Positions 10,399 through 20,025 are shown, counted from the stretch's first letter. The stretch is 64,000 nucleotides of DNA from Thermomicrobiales bacterium (GCA_049646645.1 JBARWF010000154.1:11653-75652); one strand, 5' to 3'. The notes: a model not told the origin generated them from the sequence alone. Numbers and translations are program-made.

Positions 10399-11164
10399 GG
10401 TTGAATGAAGCCTCCCGTTTCTCAAGGAACGCCGTCATCCCCTCCACCTGATCGTGCGACTCGAAGACGTCCGCGAAGGCTTGTGCTTCCTCCGCCAAGG
10501 ACGCGGTCGGGCTGCCGTGCCGGCTCAATGCGATGAGCCGCTTCGCCAAGCGGACCGATCCACCGCTATTGGCGGCGATCGACTCCGCGGTCTTGCGCGC
10601 TGCCGGCATCAACTCCTCTGGCGCGAAGACATCGTTCACGAGGCCGATGCGGAGCGCCTCGTCCGCCTTCACCCGGCGTCCGGTGAAGATGAGTTCCGCG
10701 GCCCGCGCCTCACCGACCGCGCGCACCAGCCGCTGCGTGCCACCCCAGCCGGGAGGAATCCCGAGCGTCACCTCGGGCTGCGCGAAGACGGCGTTCCTGG
10801 AGGCGAACCGGAAGTCCGCCGCCAACGCGAGCTCGCTCCCCCCACCCAGCGCATAGCCATTGACGGCGGCGATGACGGGCACCGGGAGCGACTCAATTCC
10901 AGAGGCGACCGCGTGTGCAAGCCGGGCAAAGGCCAGCGACTCGTCACGCTTGAGCGTCGCCATCTCCTTGATGTCGGCACCGGCGACGAAGGCGCGATCA
11001 CCAGCACCAGTCAGGATCACGGCCCGGATCGAGCGGTCCCCGGCAACCGTGCGAACGACCGCGTGAAGCTCGCCAAGCAAGGCCCGGTTCATGGCGTTCA
11101 ACCGCTCGGGCTGGTTGATCGTGATCGTTGCGACCGCCCCATCGCGATCGAGATCGATACCCAT
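10391..11164 (-). CDS. Enoyl-CoA hydratase (crotonase family)
   Basis: AVATITINQPERLNAM, VILTGAGDRAFVAGADI and AAVNGYALGGGSELALA motifs. ATG at 11164 has GAAGGA 9 nt upstream. The longer track ORF runs into a repeat element. Confidence 0.9.
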   Translation of the reverse strand: MGIDLDRDGAVATITINQPERLNAMNRALLGELHAVVRTVAGDRSIRAVILTGAGDRAFVAGADIKEMATLKRDESLAFARLAHAVASGIESLPVPVIAAVNGYALGGGSELALAADFRFASRNAVFAQPEVTLGIPPGWGGTQRLVRAVGEARAAELIFTGRRVKADEALRIGLVNDVFAPEELMPAARKTAESIAANSGGSVRLAKRLIALSRHGSPTASLAEEAQAFADVFESHDQVEGMTAFLEKREASFNHE

Positions 11165-11178
11165 TGGATGAAATCCTT

Positions 11179-11345
11179 CGTAGGGTGCGACATACAGTCG
11201 CACCGATCGGGCAAAGCCCGGTATTCGACGCGGGTGAATCGGCGACTTCCCGCCAAGGGGCCGGTCGGGATATAGCCCTGGTGGTCTCGCTTCGCTGCGG
11301 GCCATCGGTGCCGACGCGGCTGCTGACATACAGTCGCACCCTACG
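11179..11345. repeat. REPIN/BIME-like inverted doublet of GTAG-headed REP units (family A)
   Basis: The left unit is cgtagg-GTGCGAC-ataca-GTCGCAC-cgat-CGGGC-aaa-GCCCG. The right end is the inverted ...gacatacagtcgcaccctacg. It fills the gap between the gamma-CA gene stop and the hydratase start. Confidence 0.75.
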
Positions 11346-11365
11346 GACGCATGTCGTCAATTCGG

Positions 11366-11935
11366 TTACGAACGCGATTCCTTGAGGTACCGGCGGCTGA
11401 CCTGCACGTAACGGCCACCGATCGCGCCGATCCGCTCCTGCTGCTCCTGATCCAATTCCTGCCGCTGACGCGCGGGAATTCCCATCATCACCGCGCCATC
11501 CGGAACCTCGGTCCGTTCCGCGATCAAGGCGCCGGCCGCGATCACCGCACGCGCCCCGATCCGCGAGTAGGAGAGCACGATCGCGCCCATGCCGATCATC
11601 GTGCCGTCCCCGACGGTCGTGCCATGCACCAGCGCGCTGTGACCGATCGTGACATCTTCACCGATCACCGTCGGCGCATCCTCGTTGACGTGAACCACCG
11701 TGCCATCCTGCACGTTGCTGCGGTTCCCCACCGTGATCGGAGCGATATCCCCGCGCAGCGTCGTGTTGAACCAGACGCTGACCTCTTCCCCGAGCGAGAC
11801 CCGTCCGATCACCACCGCGCCGGGCGCGACGAATGCCGTCTCGTGGATATCGGGCCAGTGCCCGTCGTACGGCAGGATGATCGCGCCGGGGAACCGCTCG
11901 GCAAAGGCCGCCATCCGCTCCTGTCGTTCGCTCAT
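11366..11935 (-). CDS. Gamma-carbonic-anhydrase-like hexapeptide-repeat protein (YrdA/PaaY family)
   Basis: 189-aa ORF with left-handed beta-helix repeats (AFVAPGAVVIGRVSLGEEVSVWFNTTLRGD...IGHSALVHG). Start overlaps the thiolase stop (ATGA). Confidence 0.85.
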   Translation of the reverse strand: MSERQERMAAFAERFPGAIILPYDGHWPDIHETAFVAPGAVVIGRVSLGEEVSVWFNTTLRGDIAPITVGNRSNVQDGTVVHVNEDAPTVIGEDVTIGHSALVHGTTVGDGTMIGMGAIVLSYSRIGARAVIAAGALIAERTEVPDGAVMMGIPARQRQELDQEQQERIGAIGGRYVQVSRRYLKESRS

Positions 11936-13113
11936 GCGTCCACCTGCACCACGATCGCGTCGCCCTGACCACCGCCGGTGCAGATCGCGGCGACGCCGAT
12001 GCCTCCGCCGAGATCATGCAGCGATTCGATCAGCGACAGCAGGATCCGGACACCGCTGGCCGCCAGCGGATGACCGATGGCGATCGCGCCGCCGTGAATG
12101 TTGACCTTGTCGAGATCGGCCCCCAGGCGCGCGGCGGAAATCAGCGTGACACTCGCGAACGCCTCGTTGATCTCGAAGAGGTCGACATCCGTCACGCTCA
12201 GGCCGGCACGCTTCAGCGCCTTCTCGGCCGCCATCGCCGGCGTGTACGCCAGGTACGGCGCATCCCACGCGGCCTGCGCATGCCCAAGGATGCGAGCGCG
12301 AATGGGGAGTCCCTGCGCGTTCGCCCACTCCTCGTCGGCGACGATCATTGCCGCGGCACCATCGTTGACACCCGGCGCATTGCCCGCCGTCACGCTGCCG
12401 TCGGGCGTGAACGCCGGCTTGAGCCGGGCGAGCGCTTCCAGGCTGGTGTCCCGCCGCGGAGCTTCGTCCGTATCGACAGTCACGGTGGAGCGCTTCTGGG
12501 CGACCTCGACGGGGACGATCTGGCGCGCCATCCAGCCGGAGTCGATCGCCTCCAGCGCACGCTGGTGCGAACGCAACGCCCATGCGTCTTGCTGCTCGCG
12601 GGTGATGCCATTCTCATCCGCGACATTCCCGCCGTGAACGCCCATCGCACACTGATCGATCGCGCACCAGAGACCATCGACCATCATCATGTCTTCCAGC
12701 TTGCCATCGCCCATGCGGTAGCCGCCGCGCGCGCCGCGCAGGAAGTAGGGCGCATTGGTCATGCTGTCCATGCCGCCAGCGGCGATCACGGTCGCGTCGC
12801 CCAGGCGAATGGTCATCTCCGCCATGCCGATGGCCCGGATCCCGGACCCGCAGACGTGGTTGACCGTCTCCGACGTGACGGTGCGATCGAGCCCGACACC
12901 GAAGCTCACCTGACGCGCCGGGTTCTGTCCCGCGCCGCCCTGCAGCACCTGCCCGAAGACCACATGCTCGATCGCGGCGGGGTCGACCTGCGACCGATCG
13001 ATCGCACATCGCAGCGCCACGGTCCCCAACTCGACGGCCGATTTCGAGGCCAGCGCGCCGTTCAGCTTGCCAAAAGGGGTTCGCGCTCCGCCAAGGATGA
13101 CACTCGTTGCCAT
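11932..13113 (-). CDS. Acetyl-CoA C-acetyltransferase (thiolase II)
   Basis: 393-aa ORF with VNHVCGSGIRAI (active-site Cys), NIHGGAIAIGHPLAASG and CTGGGQG C-terminal signatures. Confidence 0.93.
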   Translation of the reverse strand: MATSVILGGARTPFGKLNGALASKSAVELGTVALRCAIDRSQVDPAAIEHVVFGQVLQGGAGQNPARQVSFGVGLDRTVTSETVNHVCGSGIRAIGMAEMTIRLGDATVIAAGGMDSMTNAPYFLRGARGGYRMGDGKLEDMMMVDGLWCAIDQCAMGVHGGNVADENGITREQQDAWALRSHQRALEAIDSGWMARQIVPVEVAQKRSTVTVDTDEAPRRDTSLEALARLKPAFTPDGSVTAGNAPGVNDGAAAMIVADEEWANAQGLPIRARILGHAQAAWDAPYLAYTPAMAAEKALKRAGLSVTDVDLFEINEAFASVTLISAARLGADLDKVNIHGGAIAIGHPLAASGVRILLSLIESLHDLGGGIGVAAICTGGGQGDAIVVQVDA

Positions 13114-13115
13114 GA

Positions 13116-14315
13116 TTACAACTCCTCAAATCCTGGGGCCGGGGGCTGCGGATGACTCAGCGGCTTGTCCACGCGGTAGCCCAGCGCATACTCGGCCTGA
13201 AGGATCGTGTGGATCTCGCGCGTCCCTTCGTAGATCACGGAGCCGCGCGCGTTGCGCAAGAAGCGCTCGACCGGATACTCGTTCGAATACCCATACGACC
13301 CGTGAATCTGGACCGCATCATCGGCCGCCTTCAGCGCGACATCGCACGCGTGCCACTTCGCGAGCGACGTCTCCCTCGTGTTTCGAACACCGCGGTTCTT
13401 CAACTCGGCGGCCTGCATCACCAGCAAGCGGGATGTCTCGTGGCCGAGCACCATGTTGGCGATCATCTGCTGGACGAGCTGGTGGCGACCGATCGGCTCG
13501 CCGAATGTATGGCGCTCGTTCGCGTATTTGGTGCTGGCATCGAGTGAGGCACGCGTGAGGCCGACCGCTCCTGCAGCGACCGTGAATCGACCCTGGTCGA
13601 TGCAGCTCATCGCGATCTTGAAGCCCTCCCCCTCCTCACCGATGCGGTTCTCGATCGGCACCCGCACGTTGTCGAAGGCGATCTCGCCGGTATTGCCCGC
13701 CCGCACACCGAGCTTGCCCTTGATCGTGCCCGTGGTGAGACCGGTCATGCCGCGCTCGACCACAAATGCCGTCAGCCCCTTGTGCTTCAGCGAGCGATCG
13801 ACGGTCGCAAAGACGAGAAAGTGGTCGGCAAGATCAGCCAGCGAGATCCACATCTTGTTGCCGTTGAGGATGTAGGAATCGCCATCGCGGACGGCGGTCG
13901 TGGCGATCGACCCGGCATCGGAGCCGGCGCCGGGCTCGGTGAGACCGAACGTGGCGATCTTCTCCCCCGCCGCCTGAGGAACCAGCCAGCGCTGCTTCTG
14001 CTCCTCGGTGCCCCACTGCAGGAGGGCGAGGCTGTTGAGGCCGACGTGAACGCTGAGCACCACCCGCAGCGAGGTATCGACGTACTCAAGCTCGTCGCAG
14101 GCAAGGGCAAGGCTCACGTAATCGAGCCCAAGCCCACCGTATTCTTCCGGGATCGGCAGCCCGAGAAAGCCGGCCTCGCCCATCTTCTCGATGATCTCGC
14201 GGTGATACTCGCCGTTCGCGTCCCATTGCCGGATGTACGGCGCGACCTCCCGCTGCGCGAACTCCCGCACCATATCGCGCACCTGGATCTGATCGTCTGT
14301 CAGGTCGTAATTCAT
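13116..14315 (-). CDS. Acyl-CoA dehydrogenase (short/medium-chain type)
   Basis: 399-aa ORF with FGLTEPGAGSDAGS, KMWISLA and the C-terminal QIHGSYGYSNEYPVERFLRNARGSVIYEGT motifs. Confidence 0.92.
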   Translation of the reverse strand: MNYDLTDDQIQVRDMVREFAQREVAPYIRQWDANGEYHREIIEKMGEAGFLGLPIPEEYGGLGLDYVSLALACDELEYVDTSLRVVLSVHVGLNSLALLQWGTEEQKQRWLVPQAAGEKIATFGLTEPGAGSDAGSIATTAVRDGDSYILNGNKMWISLADLADHFLVFATVDRSLKHKGLTAFVVERGMTGLTTGTIKGKLGVRAGNTGEIAFDNVRVPIENRIGEEGEGFKIAMSCIDQGRFTVAAGAVGLTRASLDASTKYANERHTFGEPIGRHQLVQQMIANMVLGHETSRLLVMQAAELKNRGVRNTRETSLAKWHACDVALKAADDAVQIHGSYGYSNEYPVERFLRNARGSVIYEGTREIHTILQAEYALGYRVDKPLSHPQPPAPGFEEL

Positions 14316-14409
14316 GCCCGTCCTATCTCCGCGCGGTCCGGGTTCGCCACGGCGTCCCCATTGACGTCGGCTATTGCCGGAAAATCAGATGGGGACAGTA
14401 TACAGGCGA

Positions 14410-15180
14410 TCATTTGACCGGACGGGGACCGCGCGTCAGGTCGCCGGACGCGATCTCGACGACCCCGCCGTCTGCTTCCCGCACCAGCAGGGACCCGGAT
14501 GGCGTCAGCCCGGCGATCGTCCCGCACACCTGGCGCTCGCTGTCCTGCACCGTCACGATCTGCCCGCGATATGCGAGCCGCGACGAAAGCCGGCCCCAAT
14601 CGCCCGCATGCTCCCCGGTGAGAAATCGACGGTAGATCCGCTCCAGGTGGCGCAGGACCGACTCACGCAGCTCATCGCGGTCGACTTCCTGACCGCACTC
14701 GAGGGCGATACTGGTCGCGTTGTCGGGCAAGGCATCCCCAGGAACGTTGGCGTTAAGCCCGATACCGAGCACCACGACGGGCCAGCGCGCGCCGGGAACC
14801 GTATGGGTTCGCAACAGGATGCCGCAGATCTTGCGCCCGGCGATCTGCACATCGTTTGGCCACTTGATGACGGCATCGAGCTGATACGCCTCTTCGAGCG
14901 CATCCACCACGGCCAGCGCACTCAACAGGGAGAGCGGCGAGAGCTCAGAAACAGCACGCTCCGGACGCAACAGCACGGACATCAGGAGCGCCGTTCCCGG
15001 CGGAGTCGCCCAGCGCCGGTCGGCACGCCCACGCCCGGCATGCTGGAACTCCGCAACAACCGTCGCCCCCTCGGAAGCACCGGTCAGTGCTAGCGTGCGC
15101 ACCTCATCCATCGTGCTCGCGACCTCATCGCGGCAGATCAGGGGGCATCCCAGCCGCACCTCATGCATGGGATTCCTCAC
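14410..15180 (-). CDS. birA: Biotin-[acetyl-CoA-carboxylase] ligase, group I (no HTH domain)
   Basis: 256-aa ORF with the biotin-binding loop [12 protein letters not shown] and KWPNDV. GTG start overlaps the upstream stop (GTGA). Confidence 0.85.
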   Translation of the reverse strand: MRNPMHEVRLGCPLICRDEVASTMDEVRTLALTGASEGATVVAEFQHAGRGRADRRWATPPGTALLMSVLLRPERAVSELSPLSLLSALAVVDALEEAYQLDAVIKWPNDVQIAGRKICGILLRTHTVPGARWPVVVLGIGLNANVPGDALPDNATSIALECGQEVDRDELRESVLRHLERIYRRFLTGEHAGDWGRLSSRLAYRGQIVTVQDSERQVCGTIAGLTPSGSLLVREADGGVVEIASGDLTRGPRPVK

Positions 15181-16538
15181 CGCGACGCCACGTCGTCGGC
15201 GTGCTCCTCACCGCTCTCCTCCCGGCTACTCCGGAAGAGCGAGCGGGGGGCCTCGCGGTCTTCATCCTCCATCGTCGCCAATTTGGTCAGTCGCAGCTTG
15301 CGCACCCGGTGACGCTCGACACCGAGGATCTCGACGCGCACGCCCTCAGCCTCAAAGACGTCGCCCTGGATCGGCAGGCGCCCGAGGTGCTTGTGGACGA
15401 AACCGCCGAGCGTGCCGAAATCGTCATCCTCCTCGAATTCGAGATCCAGCGCCTCCTCGACATCCTCGATCGGCAGACGGCCATCCGCAAGCAGAACATC
15501 CCGACTCTCCCGCTCGAACAGCGGTTCCTCGGTGTCGTACTCGTCCTGAATCTCCCCCACGATCTCCTCGAGAATGTCCTCGATCGTGACGAGCCCCGCC
15601 GTGCCTCCGTATTCATCGGCGACGATCGCGATGTGGATCTTGGCGCGCTTGAGCTCGGTGAAGAGCTCGTTCAGCTTCTTGCTCTCGGGGACGACGAAGG
15701 CGGGCCGAATGAGGTCCAGCAGCGGGATGCGGCTGGTGCTGCCGATGACGAACGGCAGGAGATCCTTGGCGTAGAGCACGCCCAGGACGCGGTCGATCGA
15801 TTCCTGATAGACGGGGATACGCGAGTGCCCGGCCTTCGTGATGGTCTCGATCAGCTCCAGGGGCGACACCGTGCGATCGACGGCGATGATGTCGAGCCGC
15901 GGCACCATGATATCCCGGACGGTCATGTCCTCGAGACTGAGGATGCCGTCAATCATCTCGCGCTCGTCGGTCCCGATGACCTCGTCGTCAGAGGTGTAGC
16001 GATGCGGCCGCAGGTCCTCCTCGAGCCCCTCGTTGGCCGAGTCGCTCTCGTTCCCCGGAAGCACGTGCACCATCCCCAGCGCAATCCGGTCCACGACCCA
16101 GTGCACCGGCTTGAGCAGGGTGCTCAGGCCGTGTGCGAGCCTGAAGATGCCATAGAGGAACGGTTCGAGGTCCTTGGATGCGAGCGCCTTGGCGAGGGAT
16201 CTCCCGAGGACGAGGTAGAGGACGATGACAATGACAACCGCTAGCCAGTCCAGACCATTCCAGCCGCGCTCGGCGAAGAAGCGAGCCAACTCGACCGCCG
16301 CCACGATCGCCGCAACCACCTGCAGGGTGAGCATTGACGCCACCAGCGTCCGCCGGGGATCGACCAGCGAGCGGACGGTTCGATGGTGCGCGGGCTGCTC
16401 TGGAGCGCCACCCAGCGCCTGAAACCGCTGCCTGCTGGTGACACCGATCAATGCCTGCGCAAGCCCGGCCAGCGCGATCACGATCGCCGCAATGACCAGG
16501 ATCAGGATTCGTAACCAGCCATCTCCGTCCACGAACAA
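15177..16538 (-). CDS. CNNM(DUF21)-CBS-CorC_HlyC family membrane protein (putative divalent-cation efflux/hemolysin-like)
   Basis: 453-aa ORF. N-terminal TM helices, then a CBS pair (VRDIMVPR...HSRIPVY) and the C-terminal transporter-associated domain (LGGFV...LGRLP..GD). Confidence 0.85.
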   Translation of the reverse strand: MFVDGDGWLRILILVIAAIVIALAGLAQALIGVTSRQRFQALGGAPEQPAHHRTVRSLVDPRRTLVASMLTLQVVAAIVAAVELARFFAERGWNGLDWLAVVIVIVLYLVLGRSLAKALASKDLEPFLYGIFRLAHGLSTLLKPVHWVVDRIALGMVHVLPGNESDSANEGLEEDLRPHRYTSDDEVIGTDEREMIDGILSLEDMTVRDIMVPRLDIIAVDRTVSPLELIETITKAGHSRIPVYQESIDRVLGVLYAKDLLPFVIGSTSRIPLLDLIRPAFVVPESKKLNELFTELKRAKIHIAIVADEYGGTAGLVTIEDILEEIVGEIQDEYDTEEPLFERESRDVLLADGRLPIEDVEEALDLEFEEDDDFGTLGGFVHKHLGRLPIQGDVFEAEGVRVEILGVERHRVRKLRLTKLATMEDEDREAPRSLFRSSREESGEEHADDVASR

Positions 16539-16581
16539 CCACCAGACTTCTCATGGGCCGGCGGCAATACCGCCCGTCGCC

Positions 16582-17517
16582 TTACGTAAAGAGCGCGGAG
16601 ACGCTCATCCCCTTGTGGGTCCGCATGATCGCTTCCGCCAGCAACGGCGCCACACTGACGACCTCCACCCGCCCGGCACCATGCGGCGGCAGCGGGATCG
16701 TGTCCGTCACGAAGACACGCTCGATCGGCGATGCCTCGATCAGGTCGAGCGCATCCGCCGCGAAGATACCATGCGTCGCGGCAACATGAATCGCGGAAGC
16801 ACCGCGCTCCTTCAGCATCGTCGCCGCCTGGACAAGGGTGCCGCCGGTCGAGATCATGTCATCGACGATGACCGCGATCTTGCCTTCGACATCGCCAACC
16901 ATGTCGAGGGTCTCGGTGGCATCCGGCTGTGGGTGCTGCTTGGAGATGATCGCCAGGGAGCCACGGGTCCGGACGCGAAAGTCCTCGGCCCGGGCGACCC
17001 CGCCCGAATCGGGGCTCACGACCACGATCTGGTCGTCGATCTCACGGCGGAAGGCAGCTGCCAGCAGCGGTGTCGCCCGCAGGTGATCGACCGGGATGTC
17101 GAAGAACCCCTCGATGGCGGGCGAATGGAGATCGACCGCCAGAACCCGCTCCGCACCCGCTGTCGTCAGGAGGTTGGCGACAAGCTTGGCCGAGATCGGC
17201 TCGCGACCGGACGTCTTCTTCTCCTGCTTGGCGTAGCCGTAATAGGGAACCACCGCCGTGATCCGGGCGGCAGAAGCGCGCCGCAGCGCGTCGATCATGA
17301 TCAGCAGTTCCACCAGATGATGGTTCACCGGGTCACACGTCGGCTGGATCACGAAGACATCCGAGCCCCGGACATTCTCCTCAAGCTTGACCCGCGTCTC
17401 CCCATTCTTCCAGGTGCCGACGATGGCGCGGCCGAGCGGCGTCTCCAGCTCCTCCGAAATGGCGTTCGCCAGCGCAGGGTGTGCGCTTCCCGTGAATATC
17501 TGCAGCCGACCATCCAT
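16582..17517 (-). CDS. prs: Ribose-phosphate pyrophosphokinase
   Basis: 311-aa ORF with VIPYYGYAKQEKK, DLHSPAIEGFF and the PRPP loop VIVDDMISTGGT. Confidence 0.95.
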   Translation of the reverse strand: MDGRLQIFTGSAHPALANAISEELETPLGRAIVGTWKNGETRVKLEENVRGSDVFVIQPTCDPVNHHLVELLIMIDALRRASAARITAVVPYYGYAKQEKKTSGREPISAKLVANLLTTAGAERVLAVDLHSPAIEGFFDIPVDHLRATPLLAAAFRREIDDQIVVVSPDSGGVARAEDFRVRTRGSLAIISKQHPQPDATETLDMVGDVEGKIAVIVDDMISTGGTLVQAATMLKERGASAIHVAATHGIFAADALDLIEASPIERVFVTDTIPLPPHGAGRVEVVSVAPLLAEAIMRTHKGMSVSALFT

Positions 17518-17525
17518 GTGTGCCG

Positions 17526-18968
17526 TTACCCCTCCTGATTCGCGCGTTCCCCGGGTGTTTCCGGCGATTCCTCCACCCGTCGCGGACGTGGTCGCGCCGG
17601 CACACCGACGACGAGCGTCGACTCCGGGACATCGTGGGTGACGACCGCCCCGGCACCGGTCCGCGCGCCCTGTTCGAGTGTGACAGGTGCGACCAGAACC
17701 GAATCGCTCCCGACGAAGACATCATCTCCGAGAACGGTCGGGTGCTTGCGCGTTCCGTCGTAATTCGCGGTGATCGTGCCCGCACCGATATTCACACGCG
17801 CTCCGACCTTCGCATCGCCAAGATAGGAAACGTGACCGGCTTTCGAATCCGGCCCGAACTGCGTGTTCTTCATCTCCACGAAGTTGCCAACATGGGCGCC
17901 GGCGCCGATGCGCGTGTTTCCCCGCAGCCGGGAGTACGGCCCGACATCGGCATCGTCGTCGATCGCGCAATCGGTGATGGTCGCCCCCGCGATCTCGACC
18001 CGGTCCGCGATGACCGCATTGTGCACGACCGCGTGAGGGCCGATGCGGCAGCCCGAACCGATCCTGGTCTCCCCCGTGATGACGGTAAAGGGCATGATGA
18101 TCGTATCCGGCGCAATCTCGACCCGCTCGTCGATGAAGACGGTCTCCGGACCGAGAATCGTGACGCCAGAGAGCTGCAGCTGCTTGCGCACCCGGTCGCG
18201 CACGACCGCATCGGCCTCGGCCAACTGCACGCGATCGTTGACACCAAGCGCGACGTCGGGATCACCGACGACGGTCGCCACCGGCCACGGCTGCCCGGGC
18301 CGATGCTCGTCCACCGCCAGCTCGATCAGATCGGTAAGGAGAAACTCCCCGGTCTCCTCATTGAGCGCGACGCGCCCAAGCGCCTCACGCGCCCAGTCGG
18401 CGCGCAGCACCATGATGCCGCTGTTGATCTCCGTGGTGCCCTGGCGCAGCGCGACATCGTCGTTCTTGCGCTCAACGATGCGCCGGGGTCGGCCCAGCTC
18501 ATCGCGATCGATCCGGCCATAGGATTGGGCGTCGGGAAGCATGCAGGTGAGCACAGTTACGGGGCACCCGGTGGAGATCGCGCCATCGAGCAGGAGCGAT
18601 ACGGTCTCGCCGGTCAGGAGCGGACTGTCCCCCAGGAGGGAGATGATCCAGTCGCACTCGTTCATCGAGCGCATCGCGTGCCGCACCGCGTCGGCCGTTC
18701 CCTGTGGCACCTCCTGCACGGCGACCTCGAACTGCCCCTCCATGTCGAGGCGGGCGGGCAGGTCCTCCAGGCGTGGGCTGACAACCGCCACCAGCTGCTC
18801 TGGCTTGACGGCGAGCCCTGCGCGAATCACCCGCTCAACGATGGGAACGCCACCGACTTCATGCAGATGTTTCGGAAACGCGGACTTCATGCGTGTACCA
18901 TGCCCGGCTGCAAGCACGGCCACCGCTACTCGTCGCGAGACGCTACCATCATCAGTTGCTGAATCCAC
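17526..18968 (-). CDS. glmU: Bifunctional GlcNAc-1-P uridyltransferase / GlcN-1-P acetyltransferase
   Basis: LAAGHGTRMKS nucleotidyltransferase loop, then C-terminal hexapeptide repeats (GNFVEMKN...ANYDG). Start set at GTG 18968 (GGAAGAG upstream), with ATG 19043 as the alternative. The start must lie below 19107 because of the tRNA. Confidence 0.88.
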   Translation of the reverse strand: MDSATDDGSVSRRVAVAVLAAGHGTRMKSAFPKHLHEVGGVPIVERVIRAGLAVKPEQLVAVVSPRLEDLPARLDMEGQFEVAVQEVPQGTADAVRHAMRSMNECDWIISLLGDSPLLTGETVSLLLDGAISTGCPVTVLTCMLPDAQSYGRIDRDELGRPRRIVERKNDDVALRQGTTEINSGIMVLRADWAREALGRVALNEETGEFLLTDLIELAVDEHRPGQPWPVATVVGDPDVALGVNDRVQLAEADAVVRDRVRKQLQLSGVTILGPETVFIDERVEIAPDTIIMPFTVITGETRIGSGCRIGPHAVVHNAVIADRVEIAGATITDCAIDDDADVGPYSRLRGNTRIGAGAHVGNFVEMKNTQFGPDSKAGHVSYLGDAKVGARVNIGAGTITANYDGTRKHPTVLGDDVFVGSDSVLVAPVTLEQGARTGAGAVVTHDVPESTLVVGVPARPRPRRVEESPETPGERANQEG

Positions 18969-19106
18969 GAGGGGGTATCTCTTCCGATCGGTGACATCGG
19001 CGGGAAGCGATGTCGCGCGGCATTCGGATGCCCGCGACCACATTGATGCACATCCGAATGGGGGTCGACTGGGTGAATGGAAATGGCGCCCGCGTGGGGC
19101 GCCGTG

Positions 19107-19180
19107 TGGCTGGCGGACCAGGATTCGAACCTGGAATAAAGGTTCCAAAGACCCTTGTGATACCATTTCACCATCCGCCA
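19107..19180 (-). tRNA. tRNA-Gln (anticodon UUG), CCA encoded
   Basis: Reverse complement is TGGCGGA-TG-GTGA-AATGGTA-TCAC-A-AGGGT-CTTTGGA-ACCTT-TATT-CCAGG-TTCGAAT-CCTGG-TCCGCCA-GCCA. It forms a full cloverleaf with the U1:A72 pair and G73 typical of bacterial tRNA-Gln. Confidence 0.93.
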
Positions 19181-19255
19181 CCGCGGCCTTTGGAAGTTTA
19201 CGCGACCACGCCGCGATGCGCCAGATAGATCCACATTGAGCTTTGAAACGAGAGG

Positions 19256-20020
19256 GTGTGCCTTGGAATGAGCGACCTCGGAACACCGACCAACAACGGG
19301 ACGGCGAGCCCAGCCTCGGCCGTGATCACCACGATGTCGCCGCTGACGCTCTGCGTTGTCCCGTTCCGGCTCACCAACAGCACTTTGCAGGTTGGCATCG
19401 TTCACCGCCTGCACGAAACCTGGCTGCCAAGTGGCGAGCTGGCGCCCGAGGAATCGCTCGACAGCGGTGCGCGCAGAATCATCTGCGGTGATGCCGAAGG
19501 GCACGTCCCCGCCCAGGGCCACGACCACTACTTCGAGCAGCTCTACACGTTCGGCCTCGATACGCACCCGCTTCGACAGATCGTGATCAGCTACATCGCG
19601 CTCTTCCGCAGCGCCGATCCCGCCGCCGATGCGGAAGGCGATGCCGTCGACTGGCGCCCGGTGCGGGACGTGCGGCTGGACCGGCCAATCGACCGCATGG
19701 TGCTCGATTATGCGATCACGCGGCTGCGGGCCAAGTTCGGCTACACCAACATCGCTTTCCATCTCATGCCGAAGACCTTCACCATGACCGAACTGCAGCA
19801 GGCATACGAATGCGTGCTCGAGCACCCAGTAGACAAGCGCAATTTCCGCCGCCGCATGACAGCGACCGGTATCCTCGAAGATACTGGCGAGAAACGGCGG
19901 GACGGGAGCCACAGGCCAGCGGCACTCTATCGATTCGCCGCCCGCCACGATCAGGCCGCCTACCTCACGCCGCCATGGGCAACAGAACGCCTCGGCTCCG
20001 CTGCCGGGGGAGGAGATTGA
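19256..20020 (+). CDS. NrtR-like regulator: degenerate Nudix domain plus C-terminal winged-helix domain
   Basis: The Nudix-box position reads GELAPEESLDSGARRIICGDAEG, so REUXEE becomes RIICGD. The C-terminal FTMTELQQAYECVL...VDKRNFRRRM...G.....RPAALYRF is the NrtR wHTH signature. Start uncertain (GTG 19256 or ATG 19268). Confidence 0.7.
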   Translation: MCLGMSDLGTPTNNGTASPASAVITTMSPLTLCVVPFRLTNSTLQVGIVHRLHETWLPSGELAPEESLDSGARRIICGDAEGHVPAQGHDHYFEQLYTFGLDTHPLRQIVISYIALFRSADPAADAEGDAVDWRPVRDVRLDRPIDRMVLDYAITRLRAKFGYTNIAFHLMPKTFTMTELQQAYECVLEHPVDKRNFRRRMTATGILEDTGEKRRDGSHRPAALYRFAARHDQAAYLTPPWATERLGSAAGGGD

Positions 20021-20025
20021 CAACG

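Noticed and set aside
11165-11329. 55-codon N-terminal extension of the enoyl-CoA hydratase ORF
   Set aside because: It is a translation of the family A repeat (…VRLYVAPYEGFH…). The same peptide appears in unrelated spurious ORFs at 44049, 44394-44765 and 43837-44067. The ATG at 11164 has a proper SD.
18969-19286. 5' extension of the glmU ORF to 586 aa
   Set aside because: The extension runs through the tRNA-Gln gene (19107-19180) on the same strand, and its sequence is not GlmU-like. The real start must lie downstream of the tRNA.
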